A DNA stretch of 64,000 nt, taken from IMG/VR virus record IMGVR_UViG_3300017917_001342, positions 62,001-126,000 of that record, one strand, 5' to 3'. The notes below the pieces were generated by a model. It did no database searches, was not told the DNA's origin, and saw only the letters and a list, made by a program, of their open reading frames with translations. The first letter of the stretch is position 1. Each line of letters starts with the position of its first letter. The position numbers and the translations under genes are program-made. Positions 38,837 to 48,677 of the stretch are shown here, piece by piece.

Positions 38837-40212
38837 ATCAATTTTCCGCATTCGTTATAGAACTCAATTAGTTCTGGGAATGTCTTTACAAAATCAGTGG
38901 CCCTACGACGGTCGTGTTCGTTGAACCATGCGTAAAAGTCTCTGCGTCCTGTATACAATTTATCATTGTCGTAGTGTGTGGTTTCCATGTAGTGTACAAC
39001 ACGCCTAAACTTGTCTACTTCTAAACTACCAAAGAGATTCTTATCTAAATCATCTTCGTTTACTTCCATAAACTCTAGACATTCTTTGAGATAAGGTAGA
39101 AACTGTTCTTTTGGCAATAGATTTATGTCATACTGCAATGGTTCTCTTAGATACGGTGTGTCGAATCGCACGTTGCGCATAGTGCGTCTTTCACCAGATG
39201 GCTTTGGTGCAAAACGTTTACGCCATTCCAACATTTTGATCAACAGCAATTTAAAGTTGGGAACACTGAGTATGTTATAGGTCATCATCATACTAACTGA
39301 TTGTCCACTCAGTGTCATGTAAGTATCTAGGTTTTTCTCCCATTGACCAAGATCAAGCCCGGTTCGTATGTACTCGGCCTGCGGTCCCCAAGTGTCAATA
39401 CTGGTGAACAGTGTAAAATCTTTAATACACTTGTTGTCTATAAGTTCTCGTATCTTAGTAGCAAGGCGGTTGACAAGTATCGGCTTAACGCCTAAGTTGC
39501 TGTTTATGTTAAGTTCCAGTTTTGGCATAGGGTTAGCAGCGAGGTCGTCAAGCAATGTCCAGGTACTTTTATGTAGCAGTGGTTCGCCGCCAGTTATGCG
39601 CAGTATGTTTACACTGTCTCGCACAGTTGGCCACCATCGCCACCACGCATCTACAAATGGGTTATCAGCTTCTTCATAGATTTTTAACCAATCTATATCA
39701 CATTTGTGATTCACAACCATGTCATACGGACCGTGATCGCGTATTTCATTATAGAATTTGCTAGATGCTTTGGGATGGCAGTATCCGCATTTGAAATTGC
39801 ATTCATTGCCGAAACTGACTTCTATGTATTCTGGCGCTACTGGAAAATCTGCACCCTTGGCTTTGATTTCATCATATCGGTCTTGTCTAAAAATACTGCT
39901 GTTACGTATATGTCTATCGCTTATTAAATCTCTGTTGAGATTTTCAATGTTCCAGCAGTATTGGCATCCACTAGGCTGTCGACCATTTAACAATGCTCGT
40001 CGTTCTGCTTTTTTGTGTTCAGTATTGTGTAATGCACTGGGATCCCAACCTATACGCTTTTCGTCTATCTTATGCGGAGCAGGATGATAACAGCTATGTG
40101 TTTCACCAGTTTGAAGATATATAGTTGTATGATGCCATTTAGCCATACAAAATGTAGGACTAATAGCATCCATCAACGGTCTGAGTTCATCTATTTTTTT
40201 ACGATCTACCAT
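38833..40212 (-). CDS. Radical SAM protein (CHHP subtype, here CYHP)
   Basis: FCMAKW...SCYHP...CQYC; CNFKCGYC; GGEP. Confidence 0.9.
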   Translation of the reverse strand: MVDRKKIDELRPLMDAISPTFCMAKWHHTTIYLQTGETHSCYHPAPHKIDEKRIGWDPSALHNTEHKKAERRALLNGRQPSGCQYCWNIENLNRDLISDRHIRNSSIFRQDRYDEIKAKGADFPVAPEYIEVSFGNECNFKCGYCHPKASSKFYNEIRDHGPYDMVVNHKCDIDWLKIYEEADNPFVDAWWRWWPTVRDSVNILRITGGEPLLHKSTWTLLDDLAANPMPKLELNINSNLGVKPILVNRLATKIRELIDNKCIKDFTLFTSIDTWGPQAEYIRTGLDLGQWEKNLDTYMTLSGQSVSMMMTYNILSVPNFKLLLIKMLEWRKRFAPKPSGERRTMRNVRFDTPYLREPLQYDINLLPKEQFLPYLKECLEFMEVNEDDLDKNLFGSLEVDKFRRVVHYMETTHYDNDKLYTGRRDFYAWFNEHDRRRATDFVKTFPELIEFYNECGKLI

Positions 40213-40328
40213 CTTGTTAGTATAAGAAGTTATTGCGGTTTACGCTAGTCTGTTAATAATATTTTAACAGCACCCTTGAAAAAACATAGTTATATATGCA
40301 TATATAGTATGTAGAAATGGAGTTTGCA

Positions 40329-40499
40329 ATGAGTGACGGCACTGCGCCAACTGGCAAGTCAAAAGCTACTATCATACTTCCGCAAGTCAAAAAACCAAAC
40401 CTTGCAGAAATTCGCAAAGGACCAAATGGATTTGGTCAAAACAAACCCCAACAGACATTTAAAAATTCTATACGGCGGTCCGGACCGCGCGGCGGTTAA
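40329..40499 (+). CDS. Small basic hypothetical protein
   Basis: GGAG RBS before MSDG; ORF track. Confidence 0.5.
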   Translation: MSDGTAPTGKSKATIILPQVKKPNLAEIRKGPNGFGQNKPQQTFKNSIRRSGPRGG

Positions 40500-40574
40500 T
40501 TTACTTGACAGTACCGTAAAGGTATGTTAATGTGTCTTCGGCTATATCTCTCACCAACAATGGAGCAACGTTAC

Positions 40575-42029
40575 ATGATAAAGAGCAATAAATCCAAACC
40601 TATTGAACAGCAAACAATGAAAGATTTAGACCCTGTACGAATTTATCTAAAGGACGTTGGTAAAACTCCTCTGCTAAATCACGCTAAAGAAATTGAACTT
40701 AGCAAAACTATTGAAAGCAGTAACCAAACCATTATGGATACACTGTTTGCTATTCCGATGTCTGCGCAGACTGTTAACGATTGGATTACAGAAATTCTCA
40801 ATGGTGTTAAAACCGCAGATGAAGTATTTGATATTGAACTTCAAAGCGATGGTACCATACCTGATTCATTAATGACTAATCTGCAAGATATTAAAAATAT
40901 CTGCGACGCATATGTAAAAAATACCTCTGACAAACAACTCAAAATTCAATTGATTGATGCATTTAACAACACACCACTGTTGACATCTAGTATTGCAATT
41001 ATGATGGACAAAATCCAAGAAATTAACAAAAAGCTACTAGAAGGCGACGGTGCAATTATGCGCTTAGCAATTGATAGCGGCATTAATCGCAATGAATTTA
41101 TCAATTGCTATGTTGGACACGAAGATCTATTGTGGCTTGGTGATAAACAGGGTCCTGCTTGGGAAAAACTACAACGTAAACACAATCAGTTGATGATGCA
41201 TGTGGGTGCAATGCAAGAGCAAGCTGCAAACGCAGGTCTTACTATTAATGAATTGCGTACAGCAGTGAGAGTACTTCGCGCACAGGCAAAGATAAAAGAA
41301 GAAGCAATCAGTCATATGGTAAATGCAAACCTGCGACTGGTAGTTAGTATTGCTAAGAAATATAATCAAAATGGCAATACACAACTGTTAGATTTGATTC
41401 AAGAAGGCAACATCGGTCTTATCAAAGCAGTTGAAAAGTTCAAGTGGCAACTTGGCTATCGCTTTAGTACCTACGCAACTTGGTGGATCAGGCAAGCAAT
41501 TATCAAAACTGCAACTGAAAATAATCGTACTATTCGTATTCCAAGTCATGTGCTTGACACTATCAAAAAGATCAACACAGTCAGCAAAGAGTACATGTAC
41601 AGAACTGGTCGCGAACCGAGCAATGCAGAACTTGCAAAACTGTTGGATTGCGATGAAGAAAAAATTGCAAGAACTATGCGTGTTGCAAAAGATCCAATCA
41701 GTTTAGAAACACCAGTTGGCAACGACGAAGAAGGCAAACTTGGCAATCTCATTGAAGATGTTGAATCAGAAAACGCATTTGATCAAATTTCTCGTGCAGA
41801 TATCAACAAAGTTATCAGTGATGCACTTGAAGGTCTTAGCAGCCGTGAAGAACGTGTATTGCGTATGCGATTTGGCATCGGTACAATGCGCGAATACACA
41901 CTAGAAGAAATTGGTAACAAATTCAATGTTACCAGAGAACGTGTGCGTCAAATTGAAAACAAAGCACTTAGCAGGCTTAAACATCCGCAACGTGCTAAAG
42001 AGTTGCTAAACGCAATAACAGATCAATAA
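40575..42029 (+). CDS. rpoD: Primary-type RNA polymerase sigma70 factor lacking region 1.1
   Basis: Region 1.2 DPVRIYL, non-conserved region, region 2 [12 protein letters not shown]...[12 protein letters not shown], region 4 [18 protein letters not shown]. Confidence 0.93.
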   Translation: MIKSNKSKPIEQQTMKDLDPVRIYLKDVGKTPLLNHAKEIELSKTIESSNQTIMDTLFAIPMSAQTVNDWITEILNGVKTADEVFDIELQSDGTIPDSLMTNLQDIKNICDAYVKNTSDKQLKIQLIDAFNNTPLLTSSIAIMMDKIQEINKKLLEGDGAIMRLAIDSGINRNEFINCYVGHEDLLWLGDKQGPAWEKLQRKHNQLMMHVGAMQEQAANAGLTINELRTAVRVLRAQAKIKEEAISHMVNANLRLVVSIAKKYNQNGNTQLLDLIQEGNIGLIKAVEKFKWQLGYRFSTYATWWIRQAIIKTATENNRTIRIPSHVLDTIKKINTVSKEYMYRTGREPSNAELAKLLDCDEEKIARTMRVAKDPISLETPVGNDEEGKLGNLIEDVESENAFDQISRADINKVISDALEGLSSREERVLRMRFGIGTMREYTLEEIGNKFNVTRERVRQIENKALSRLKHPQRAKELLNAITDQ

Positions 42030-42033
42030 TAAC

Positions 42034-42062
42034 AAAAAAGCCCTGCATTGCAGGGCTTTTTT
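42034..42062. terminator. Bidirectional intrinsic terminator
   Basis: AAAAAAGCCCTGCA-T-TGCAGGGCTTTTTT between the convergent rpoD and sod genes. Confidence 0.85.
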
Positions 42063-42600
42063 ATGTACCAGCTAGTCTGTGATTTATCACTGACCAATCT
42101 ATTATTTGCCAAATCTTTTTGAGATATTCGTCTTTGTCCCACTTGTAATCCAACGCCCAACTGTGTTCCCACATATCAATTGGTAACAGTACATCTTTGA
42201 CTATCTTGTGGTTTTTTATAGTTTTTATCTCGCCATTCTTAGCAAGATACACCCAGCCGGAACCTTGTATAGTTTTTGCAGCAGCAGTTACCGCACGCTT
42301 AAAGTCTGCAAAATCGTTGTGTTTGTTTTCAATTAATTCCAAGCTAGCACCGTGCGGCTTGTTATTTGTTTTTGGTGCAGCAAATTGTGACCAATAGATG
42401 GCATGTAAAAATGCACCTGCTTCGTTGAAGTCTGGATCACCTTCACCTTTGTTAAATTTGTCTACATAGGCCTTGGTAAGATGATCATAATGATAAACCA
42501 CGGTGTCTTTACTCAACACAGGTTCAAGTGCATCTCGTGCATATGGTAATGGATCTAGTGTTAATTTTTTATTAGATTCTGTTAATTGTGCAAGTTTCAT
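42061..42600 (-). CDS. sod: Fe/Mn superoxide dismutase
   Basis: LPY..DALEP, metal-ligand His residues, GSGWV, DMWEH; TATAAATA late promoter; start MKLAQLTES. Confidence 0.88.
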   Translation of the reverse strand: MKLAQLTESNKKLTLDPLPYARDALEPVLSKDTVVYHYDHLTKAYVDKFNKGEGDPDFNEAGAFLHAIYWSQFAAPKTNNKPHGASLELIENKHNDFADFKRAVTAAAKTIQGSGWVYLAKNGEIKTIKNHKIVKDVLLPIDMWEHSWALDYKWDKDEYLKKIWQIIDWSVINHRLAGT

Positions 42601-42682
42601 AACAATATTTATAAACAAAATTTGGCATTATGCAAAGTCATCTAACATAATGATTGCAATGCAATATTTTGGAGACCCTTGC

Positions 42683-42898
42683 ATGATAAAATCACAGACT
42701 AAAAACAGAGTTTATGTTGAGTGCAGTGAAACAGAACGCAAAGTAAAAGGTCGTATCATACTAAAAGAAGACGCTAAGCTTGAAGTAGAAATGCCAACTG
42801 GACATGTGTTAGTTATGAATCGTAAAAACAAACGCAGCCCGTTTGTTATGCGAATGGGACAGTTAGAATTTTACAGCGACGGTAAAGAAATCAGCTAG
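42683..42898 (+). CDS. Small hypothetical protein
   Basis: GGAG RBS before MIKSQ. Confidence 0.65.
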   Translation: MIKSQTKNRVYVECSETERKVKGRIILKEDAKLEVEMPTGHVLVMNRKNKRSPFVMRMGQLEFYSDGKEIS

Positions 42899-43256
42899 GA
42901 TTATATGCGAATCCGGTGAACACAAAACTGCATTGACCTTTTTTGCTTTCGACAATAATAGTTTCACCAGTTGCTATACAGATTTCCTGCCACTGAGCCA
43001 TATGGTTCGGTGGCATTACTGTTTCGTATGAAATATAACTGGCAATACCAGAACCCGTAGTTTGACCTAATGCAATAGTAACAAAATCAGTGTCGCGTCC
43101 GTAATCTGCTACAATGTTACCAGAAATAACTTCTGAGTTGCCTTGATTAACAACTAACAACTGACCCATTACACCTACATTAGATGCAGGTACAGTGTAC
43201 ATAATAGTAGGGTCTCTTGGACTTGGTTTATTTTCTATTAGAACAGCCTGTGACAT
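42891..43256 (-). CDS. Putative small structural protein
   Basis: Late promoter; GAGG RBS; beta-rich composition. Confidence 0.6.
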   Translation of the reverse strand: MSQAVLIENKPSPRDPTIMYTVPASNVGVMGQLLVVNQGNSEVISGNIVADYGRDTDFVTIALGQTTGSGIASYISYETVMPPNHMAQWQEICIATGETIIVESKKGQCSFVFTGFAYNPS

Positions 43257-43283
43257 GTGTATCCTCTACTATATTTAACACAG

Positions 43284-43946
43284 TTAAATCAATCCAGGCT
43301 TTACCAAATCATGTGTAAATGCAAATGTACCCAGGTGTGATAGTTTGTCACTTAACTCTGTATCAATCCAAACTTTATGACCCAGAGATCTAGCTTGTTT
43401 ACAAAAATAAAAATCCTCGCCCATATGATCTTGTGTTTCGGCAACCCATACTGTTTGAAAATATGGTTTTGTCATTTGTTTAAGAACTTGTATTTCTACT
43501 AACATACAACCCATGCCAACTGCTTCCACTTCTACTAGATCTCTAGATGTGTCATTGATCAAATAGCTGCGCCAGTCGTGAAGTTTAGAATACGCAACAG
43601 TTTTATGAGGATATTGCCTTGTTACATAATTGCCAGCTACGATTGACTGGTTGTGATTTAACAACCGCTGTATTGTGTCAGGTGGGAACATCATGTCACT
43701 ATCCAACCATAATGCATGAGTACTACCAGCTTCCAATGCCATATCGGCTAGCTGATCTCTTTGGTTAACAATTAACGTACCCATGCAAAAATGTGGCAAC
43801 ACATCAATACCTATAGATTGACTGTATTGTATAAGCTTTGACAAATCAAACGCAAATGCACTGTGTACCATATCTCTACACGGTACACAGATACTGACCT
43901 GTGCATTTTTTGCCTTGGCAGTGGCTTGTTTTAACATACTGCTCAT
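43284..43946 (-). CDS. Glycosyltransferase, GT-A fold (family 2-like)
   Basis: LDSD DxD motif, GMGCMLV, GEDFYFC. Confidence 0.8.
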   Translation of the reverse strand: MSSMLKQATAKAKNAQVSICVPCRDMVHSAFAFDLSKLIQYSQSIGIDVLPHFCMGTLIVNQRDQLADMALEAGSTHALWLDSDMMFPPDTIQRLLNHNQSIVAGNYVTRQYPHKTVAYSKLHDWRSYLINDTSRDLVEVEAVGMGCMLVEIQVLKQMTKPYFQTVWVAETQDHMGEDFYFCKQARSLGHKVWIDTELSDKLSHLGTFAFTHDLVKPGLI

Positions 43947-44530
43947 GTGTTATTCGTATCTTCCGCAGGTTGATTTTCTGCATCTTCTGTTACAGATTTA
44001 AGAAAGTCTGCAAATTTTGTCGCAGCGATTACAGTATTTTTATAATCGTTTAATGGCAATAATGCAAGCTTAGACATGGTTTCTTTACTGGATTTGCCAT
44101 CTACTAACAGTTCTATACCAAGTTCTCTACCAAGAGTTTCACACCAGTGTGCGTCTTCTGCAACATCAACTGTATTGATAGTATCTTCTAACTCTTCATC
44201 TGAAAACGCCGACAACCAATCATTGATCTGTGCTTGCATGGCTTCTAAATCTTTGATTTGACGTTCTAGTTGTTTGATTTTAGAAAATGCAATGCGTTGT
44301 CTGATTGCCAATTCTAAATGATCATCATACTTTGTCAGTTCGTGATTTATTAGATCTATTTCGGCGTGTAGTATCTGAGTTTGGTCATGCAGTTCTTCTA
44401 GTTGTCGAAGTGCATATCGCAACTGACGGTGTAATTTGCCCTGCATATCCAACTCAAAATGCACAAACTCATAGTGAGTACGCACTGGCATTTTATTAAT
44501 AAGTTGTCTGACTACATTGATGTTTAACAT
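43943..44530 (-). CDS. Coiled-coil hypothetical protein
   Basis: ORF track. Confidence 0.7.
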   Translation of the reverse strand: MLNINVVRQLINKMPVRTHYEFVHFELDMQGKLHRQLRYALRQLEELHDQTQILHAEIDLINHELTKYDDHLELAIRQRIAFSKIKQLERQIKDLEAMQAQINDWLSAFSDEELEDTINTVDVAEDAHWCETLGRELGIELLVDGKSSKETMSKLALLPLNDYKNTVIAATKFADFLKSVTEDAENQPAEDTNNT

Positions 44531-44584
44531 GATGCGATTCCTACTAGGTTAAAATTGTGTAGCAGAAATACTGTTGGTTCAATA

Positions 44585-44794
44585 TCAAACGTAGTTTGCA
44601 GGACCAGTTCTACCACCAAATGTACTGCTAAGTGGTGTAATTTGACCGGCAGTTCGTAAACCAGATTTAGTAACACCTAGCACTGAGTTCAAGCTAACAG
44701 TTGTACCTGCAGGTGGTTCTACACCTGCTGTATACGCAGCCCAGACACCGCCCATCTTAATGGCCGTACCTGTCGCTGGGATTGCTGTTACCAT
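44585..44794 (-). CDS. Small putative structural protein
   Basis: Gly/Thr-rich; GAGG RBS. Confidence 0.6.
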   Translation of the reverse strand: MVTAIPATGTAIKMGGVWAAYTAGVEPPAGTTVSLNSVLGVTKSGLRTAGQITPLSSTFGGRTGPANYV

Positions 44795-44864
44795 TGATGC
44801 CTCGTGTTGTGCTAAGCTCTAGCATACTTAGTTGCGTCGTAAAAGTCTACTTTTAACTGAGATT

Positions 44865-45101
44865 TTACCAAGATGATAGACTTACACGTCTCCAAGTGTT
44901 TGTTGCAATACAAACATAAAGATATGTGCTGTCGTAGGCTAATTCTCCAGGTATACCTGGGCTAGAAGTGTTTAACGGTGCATTATTTGATATTGCGCCA
45001 GTTGGCCCGATAGGACCAGTTGCGCCAGTTGGTCCACCGTTGGGACCAGTTGGACCCGTAGGGCCTTGTAAATCTACTACAGGATACGTATACACGCTCA
45101 T
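44865..45101 (-). CDS. Small collagen-repeat fibre-like protein
   Basis: GPT repeats plus GELAYD..YLYVC..NTW domain. Confidence 0.7.
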   Translation of the reverse strand: MSVYTYPVVDLQGPTGPTGPNGGPTGATGPIGPTGAISNNAPLNTSSPGIPGELAYDSTYLYVCIATNTWRRVSLSSW

Positions 45102-45152
45102 ATCTTGCTCACTAAGTTATAAAATGCTGTGATATTTAGCCATAAATACTGT

Positions 45153-45641
45153 ATGGCACTTTACAACAATCTTATCACTCCATATGGTGTAAACATTCGC
45201 ACTGATTACAGTGCAACGTACAATTATGCCATTCCGTTAATGCAAACAGATTGCTGGCCGATGCAGTTGCAGATGCCTAATCTGTTGCCATGGCAACAGG
45301 TTGTAATTACCAGTCAACAAAACTCCTTTTGGTCACAACAACAGGGTACTATGCGTGCTTGGTTAAGTATCAATCCCAATGGTATTAATGTTATACCAAG
45401 TGTTATTAGAAACAGAACTGTGAATCTGCAAGGTATTGGTACAAGCTGGTGTTTTTATGATGTCAACTTGCCTCAGGATCAAATCAAACCAGCACAACTT
45501 CAATTTGGTATAGATCTCAACGTGCAAGGTGATGGTGGTAACCAAGGTTATTTCTTTAACATTCAAAATCTAAGCGGCCAGGAAAATGCATATTATCTGC
45601 GATTTGAATACAGTGGCCACGGTGGCACATACATAATCTGA
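45153..45641 (+). CDS. Hypothetical late protein
   Basis: ATAAATA promoter just upstream of MALYN. Confidence 0.7.
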   Translation: MALYNNLITPYGVNIRTDYSATYNYAIPLMQTDCWPMQLQMPNLLPWQQVVITSQQNSFWSQQQGTMRAWLSINPNGINVIPSVIRNRTVNLQGIGTSWCFYDVNLPQDQIKPAQLQFGIDLNVQGDGGNQGYFFNIQNLSGQENAYYLRFEYSGHGGTYII

Positions 45642-45682
45642 TTTAGGTTGACTGATTGCGTATGATGCAATACAGTTGCATT

Positions 45683-46498
45683 ATGACAAATATAAACACA
45701 TTTTTAGAAACCGTAACAGTATTAGATACTGAAACTACACATCTGCTACCAGAACAAGCAGAGATTGTGGAAGTAGCAGGTGCTAGATTTGATAATAATC
45801 AATGGGTAGTAGAATCTAAACTGCTAAATGCACGAAATGGTATACCACCAGAAGCCAGTGCTAAAAACAATATTGGTCCCAGAGACATACAAAATCAGCC
45901 ATATTGGGATCAATACAGCAATGAAATCAAACAGTTACTAAACTGGAATACCAGCAAGTACTTCGTAGCACATAACGCAGCTTATGACAGGGCTGTTATT
46001 GCTACTGCATGGCGCAACATGGATAGTGCAAGCGACGTAGCGATTTGCGAAGACCAAAATCGTTGGATTTGTACATGGCGTCTAAGTAGGCAGATCTTAG
46101 GTCATACATTTGGCGATATCGAATACGGCCTCAATTATCTGCGCTTTTTGCTTGACTTAGATGTTCCATCTGGGCATGGTGTACATAGAGCAGGCGATGA
46201 CACACTTACCTGTGCGCTGTTGTTTCAAACACTCATATACTTTGCATTAGAGCTTGAACTAGTAACAGATGATGCAGACCTAGGTGATCAAATTCACGCA
46301 CTGTGTTGGAAACCCATTGACATTAAAACTTGGCCATTTGGTAAACACAGAGGAACACTGCTTGAAGACATACCAAACGATTATTATGTTTGGGCATTGA
46401 AAAATGTAAACAGTCTGCAAGAAGGAACATTGGATTTTGATCCTGATCTTGCAGACAGCGTTACGCGACTTCTAGAGAAGCGACTCCAACAGGCATAA
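45683..46498 (+). CDS. DEDDh 3'-5' exonuclease (ExoX/DnaQ-like)
   Basis: LDTETT, VAHNAAYD, HRAGDD; C-terminal PFGKHRG. Confidence 0.87.
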   Translation: MTNINTFLETVTVLDTETTHLLPEQAEIVEVAGARFDNNQWVVESKLLNARNGIPPEASAKNNIGPRDIQNQPYWDQYSNEIKQLLNWNTSKYFVAHNAAYDRAVIATAWRNMDSASDVAICEDQNRWICTWRLSRQILGHTFGDIEYGLNYLRFLLDLDVPSGHGVHRAGDDTLTCALLFQTLIYFALELELVTDDADLGDQIHALCWKPIDIKTWPFGKHRGTLLEDIPNDYYVWALKNVNSLQEGTLDFDPDLADSVTRLLEKRLQQA

Positions 46499-46985
46499 TA
46501 AAATCTGTATAGCGTGTTAACAGCTTATGCATGTGAACACGCTCTCCCCACGGATACAGTTCTCGATGTGTTTCATCAAACCCCCATTGAGAATATATGC
46601 GTAGGTTGCGTTCCATTAAACTATTGGTATATAGACGCAATTCTGTTAGGTTCAAACTGTTTGCATAATCCTCTGCAAACTGCAATGCCATGCGACCCAA
46701 TCCCTGACCTTGAGATCTAGGATCTACACACAACGCTTGTATTGTAACAGAATCATTAGCAGGTGTTAACACTACCATTGCATTGGGTTCTTCGCAGTTG
46801 ATTAACCATAGATTACCTTTGGCAATGTGACTGTCAAAATCTTCAAAAAATGTAGGAGGTGTACGTCCTAACAATGGGATATATGCACTATAGGCGTGAT
46901 AAACTATACGCCAGACATGTGTTATATCAGCTGCGGTTGCCCTACGAAATTGTGAGAAAGAGTTAGATAGAGGTATGTTGTACAC
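46461..46985 (-). CDS. GNAT N-acetyltransferase
   Basis: VDPRSQGQGLG, LYTN.LM..N..IY...GF. Confidence 0.85.
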   Translation of the reverse strand: MYNIPLSNSFSQFRRATAADITHVWRIVYHAYSAYIPLLGRTPPTFFEDFDSHIAKGNLWLINCEEPNAMVVLTPANDSVTIQALCVDPRSQGQGLGRMALQFAEDYANSLNLTELRLYTNSLMERNLRIYSQWGFDETHRELYPWGERVHMHKLLTRYTDFIMPVGVASLEVA

Positions 46986-47091
46986 GGCATAATAAACCCC
47001 TTATCCTGGATCACGCTTATACCCAGGTCCTATTAAATTGATCTATTTATAATAGATCATACAATATAATGCTGTACAAAAGAAGGTCAAT

Positions 47092-47757
47092 ATGTCTGAT
47101 CGAAAATTAAAAGTTGCTGTGTTGTTTAGAGGACCTGTTAGGCCGGACGTACAAAATGCATCTGCTCGCTGTAGAGAATTTATGAGTCAATTCGGCAATG
47201 TACAAAATGTAGAATTCACTACCTATCTTGCAACATGGCGCAACTGGAAAGATCAAAAAGCCAGTGACTTGCTTGCATTGGATCAGTTTGATAATGTAAT
47301 CATGCAAACCGAACCAATTGATGCACAGATAGAACGTTGTACTAAAATTAAAAATCTGCCAAACGGCGCACAGATAAGACCTGTGTTTAACATGTATTAT
47401 CAAAGCAAAACTGCGTTAGACGTAATACATGCCGCAGATGATTACGATTACATCATACATAGCAGAACCGATATACGCATGTTCATGGGGCAACATATGC
47501 CACAGTGGTTTGATCCTAACGCATACACTGCGCCACATGTGCATCCTCATCCTTGGATGTGTGATCAATTTGGTATTGCACCCGCAGCAATGATGTATGC
47601 AGCGTGGAACTATGGTAGTATTGTGCAGTTAGGTCGAGATATCGAAGCCGCAGACATACCCGAACGAGTATTACAAAACCGTATGGATCTGTTAGGTATT
47701 CCTGTTAAGGCACCACAGTATATAATTTGGGACTTAGATCCCCGCCGTAATCATTAA
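47092..47757 (+). CDS. Hypothetical protein, possibly nucleotide-sugar related
   Basis: YDYIIHSRTD...CDQF. Confidence 0.6.
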   Translation: MSDRKLKVAVLFRGPVRPDVQNASARCREFMSQFGNVQNVEFTTYLATWRNWKDQKASDLLALDQFDNVIMQTEPIDAQIERCTKIKNLPNGAQIRPVFNMYYQSKTALDVIHAADDYDYIIHSRTDIRMFMGQHMPQWFDPNAYTAPHVHPHPWMCDQFGIAPAAMMYAAWNYGSIVQLGRDIEAADIPERVLQNRMDLLGIPVKAPQYIIWDLDPRRNH

Positions 47758-48215
47758 CCATAACTGTGCTTTCTGGTATTTTCATCTGTATGGTAATCGT
47801 AGTCTGGACGAAATTTGCTCATTTCTGTTACAACATATTCAGGGTTGATCAGTTTGAACATGGCCATGTCTGATTCCAATTCAAAATTGATAATCCAATA
47901 GTGGTGCTGAACCTGTTTATAATCCAACTCATATTGGCTTTTAACTAAGCCGTGATTCCATGCATACCAATAATTCTTTTCAGCTTTACGGTATACTGCA
48001 TCACCGCTGGCTTGTCGTTGCACGAACCGGCGAAGCTCAAGTATAAAAGACGGGTTGAGTTCATCTGTTGTTTCTACATGAACATACACTTCGAACGGAT
48101 AAGTTTCTTCTACCTTATACACATAACGTTGCCTACTACCATCGTAGTAAACATCGTGGAAATACTCTCTAGCTGGAAAGTCTGGCCCATTGTATAGATT
48201 TAGAAGAACTGGCAT
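47754..48215 (-). CDS. Hypothetical protein (F....D...FKL family)
   Basis: GGAG RBS; resembles the 9928-11411 genes. Confidence 0.65.
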   Translation of the reverse strand: MPVLLNLYNGPDFPAREYFHDVYYDGSRQRYVYKVEETYPFEVYVHVETTDELNPSFILELRRFVQRQASGDAVYRKAEKNYWYAWNHGLVKSQYELDYKQVQHHYWIINFELESDMAMFKLINPEYVVTEMSKFRPDYDYHTDENTRKHSYG

Positions 48216-48332
48216 GTGTCACTCCGATGAATCGCAACAGCAATACTATAAACAAATCACAATGTCAACTCACTTGATAAAACAGCTATATAGCAGTATA
48301 CTTGCACTATTGATAACAAGGGATTTCTATTC

Positions 48333-48677
48333 ATGCCATATGTGGTAACAGATAATTGCATTCGTTGCAAATACACTGACTGTGTCGCAGTATGTCCAGT
48401 GGACTGTTTTTACGAAGGCGAAAACATGTTGGTCATTGATCCTGTACAGTGCATTGACTGCGGCGTATGTGAACCCGAATGCCCAGCTGATGCAATCAAA
48501 CCTGTTACAGAATATACACCAGAATTAAAACCATGGCTAGCACTTAACACCAGATACAGTGCAATCTGGCCCAATATTACAAAGATGCGACCACACGCCC
48601 CAGACGCAGAAGACTATGATGGTGAACCAGGTAAGCTCAACAAGTACTTTTCGCCTAAGCCAGGAACTGGAGATTAA
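48333..48677 (+). CDS. fdxA: 7Fe-type ferredoxin
   Basis: [21 protein letters not shown]...[12 protein letters not shown]; ends PGTGD. Confidence 0.92.
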   Translation: MPYVVTDNCIRCKYTDCVAVCPVDCFYEGENMLVIDPVQCIDCGVCEPECPADAIKPVTEYTPELKPWLALNTRYSAIWPNITKMRPHAPDAEDYDGEPGKLNKYFSPKPGTGD

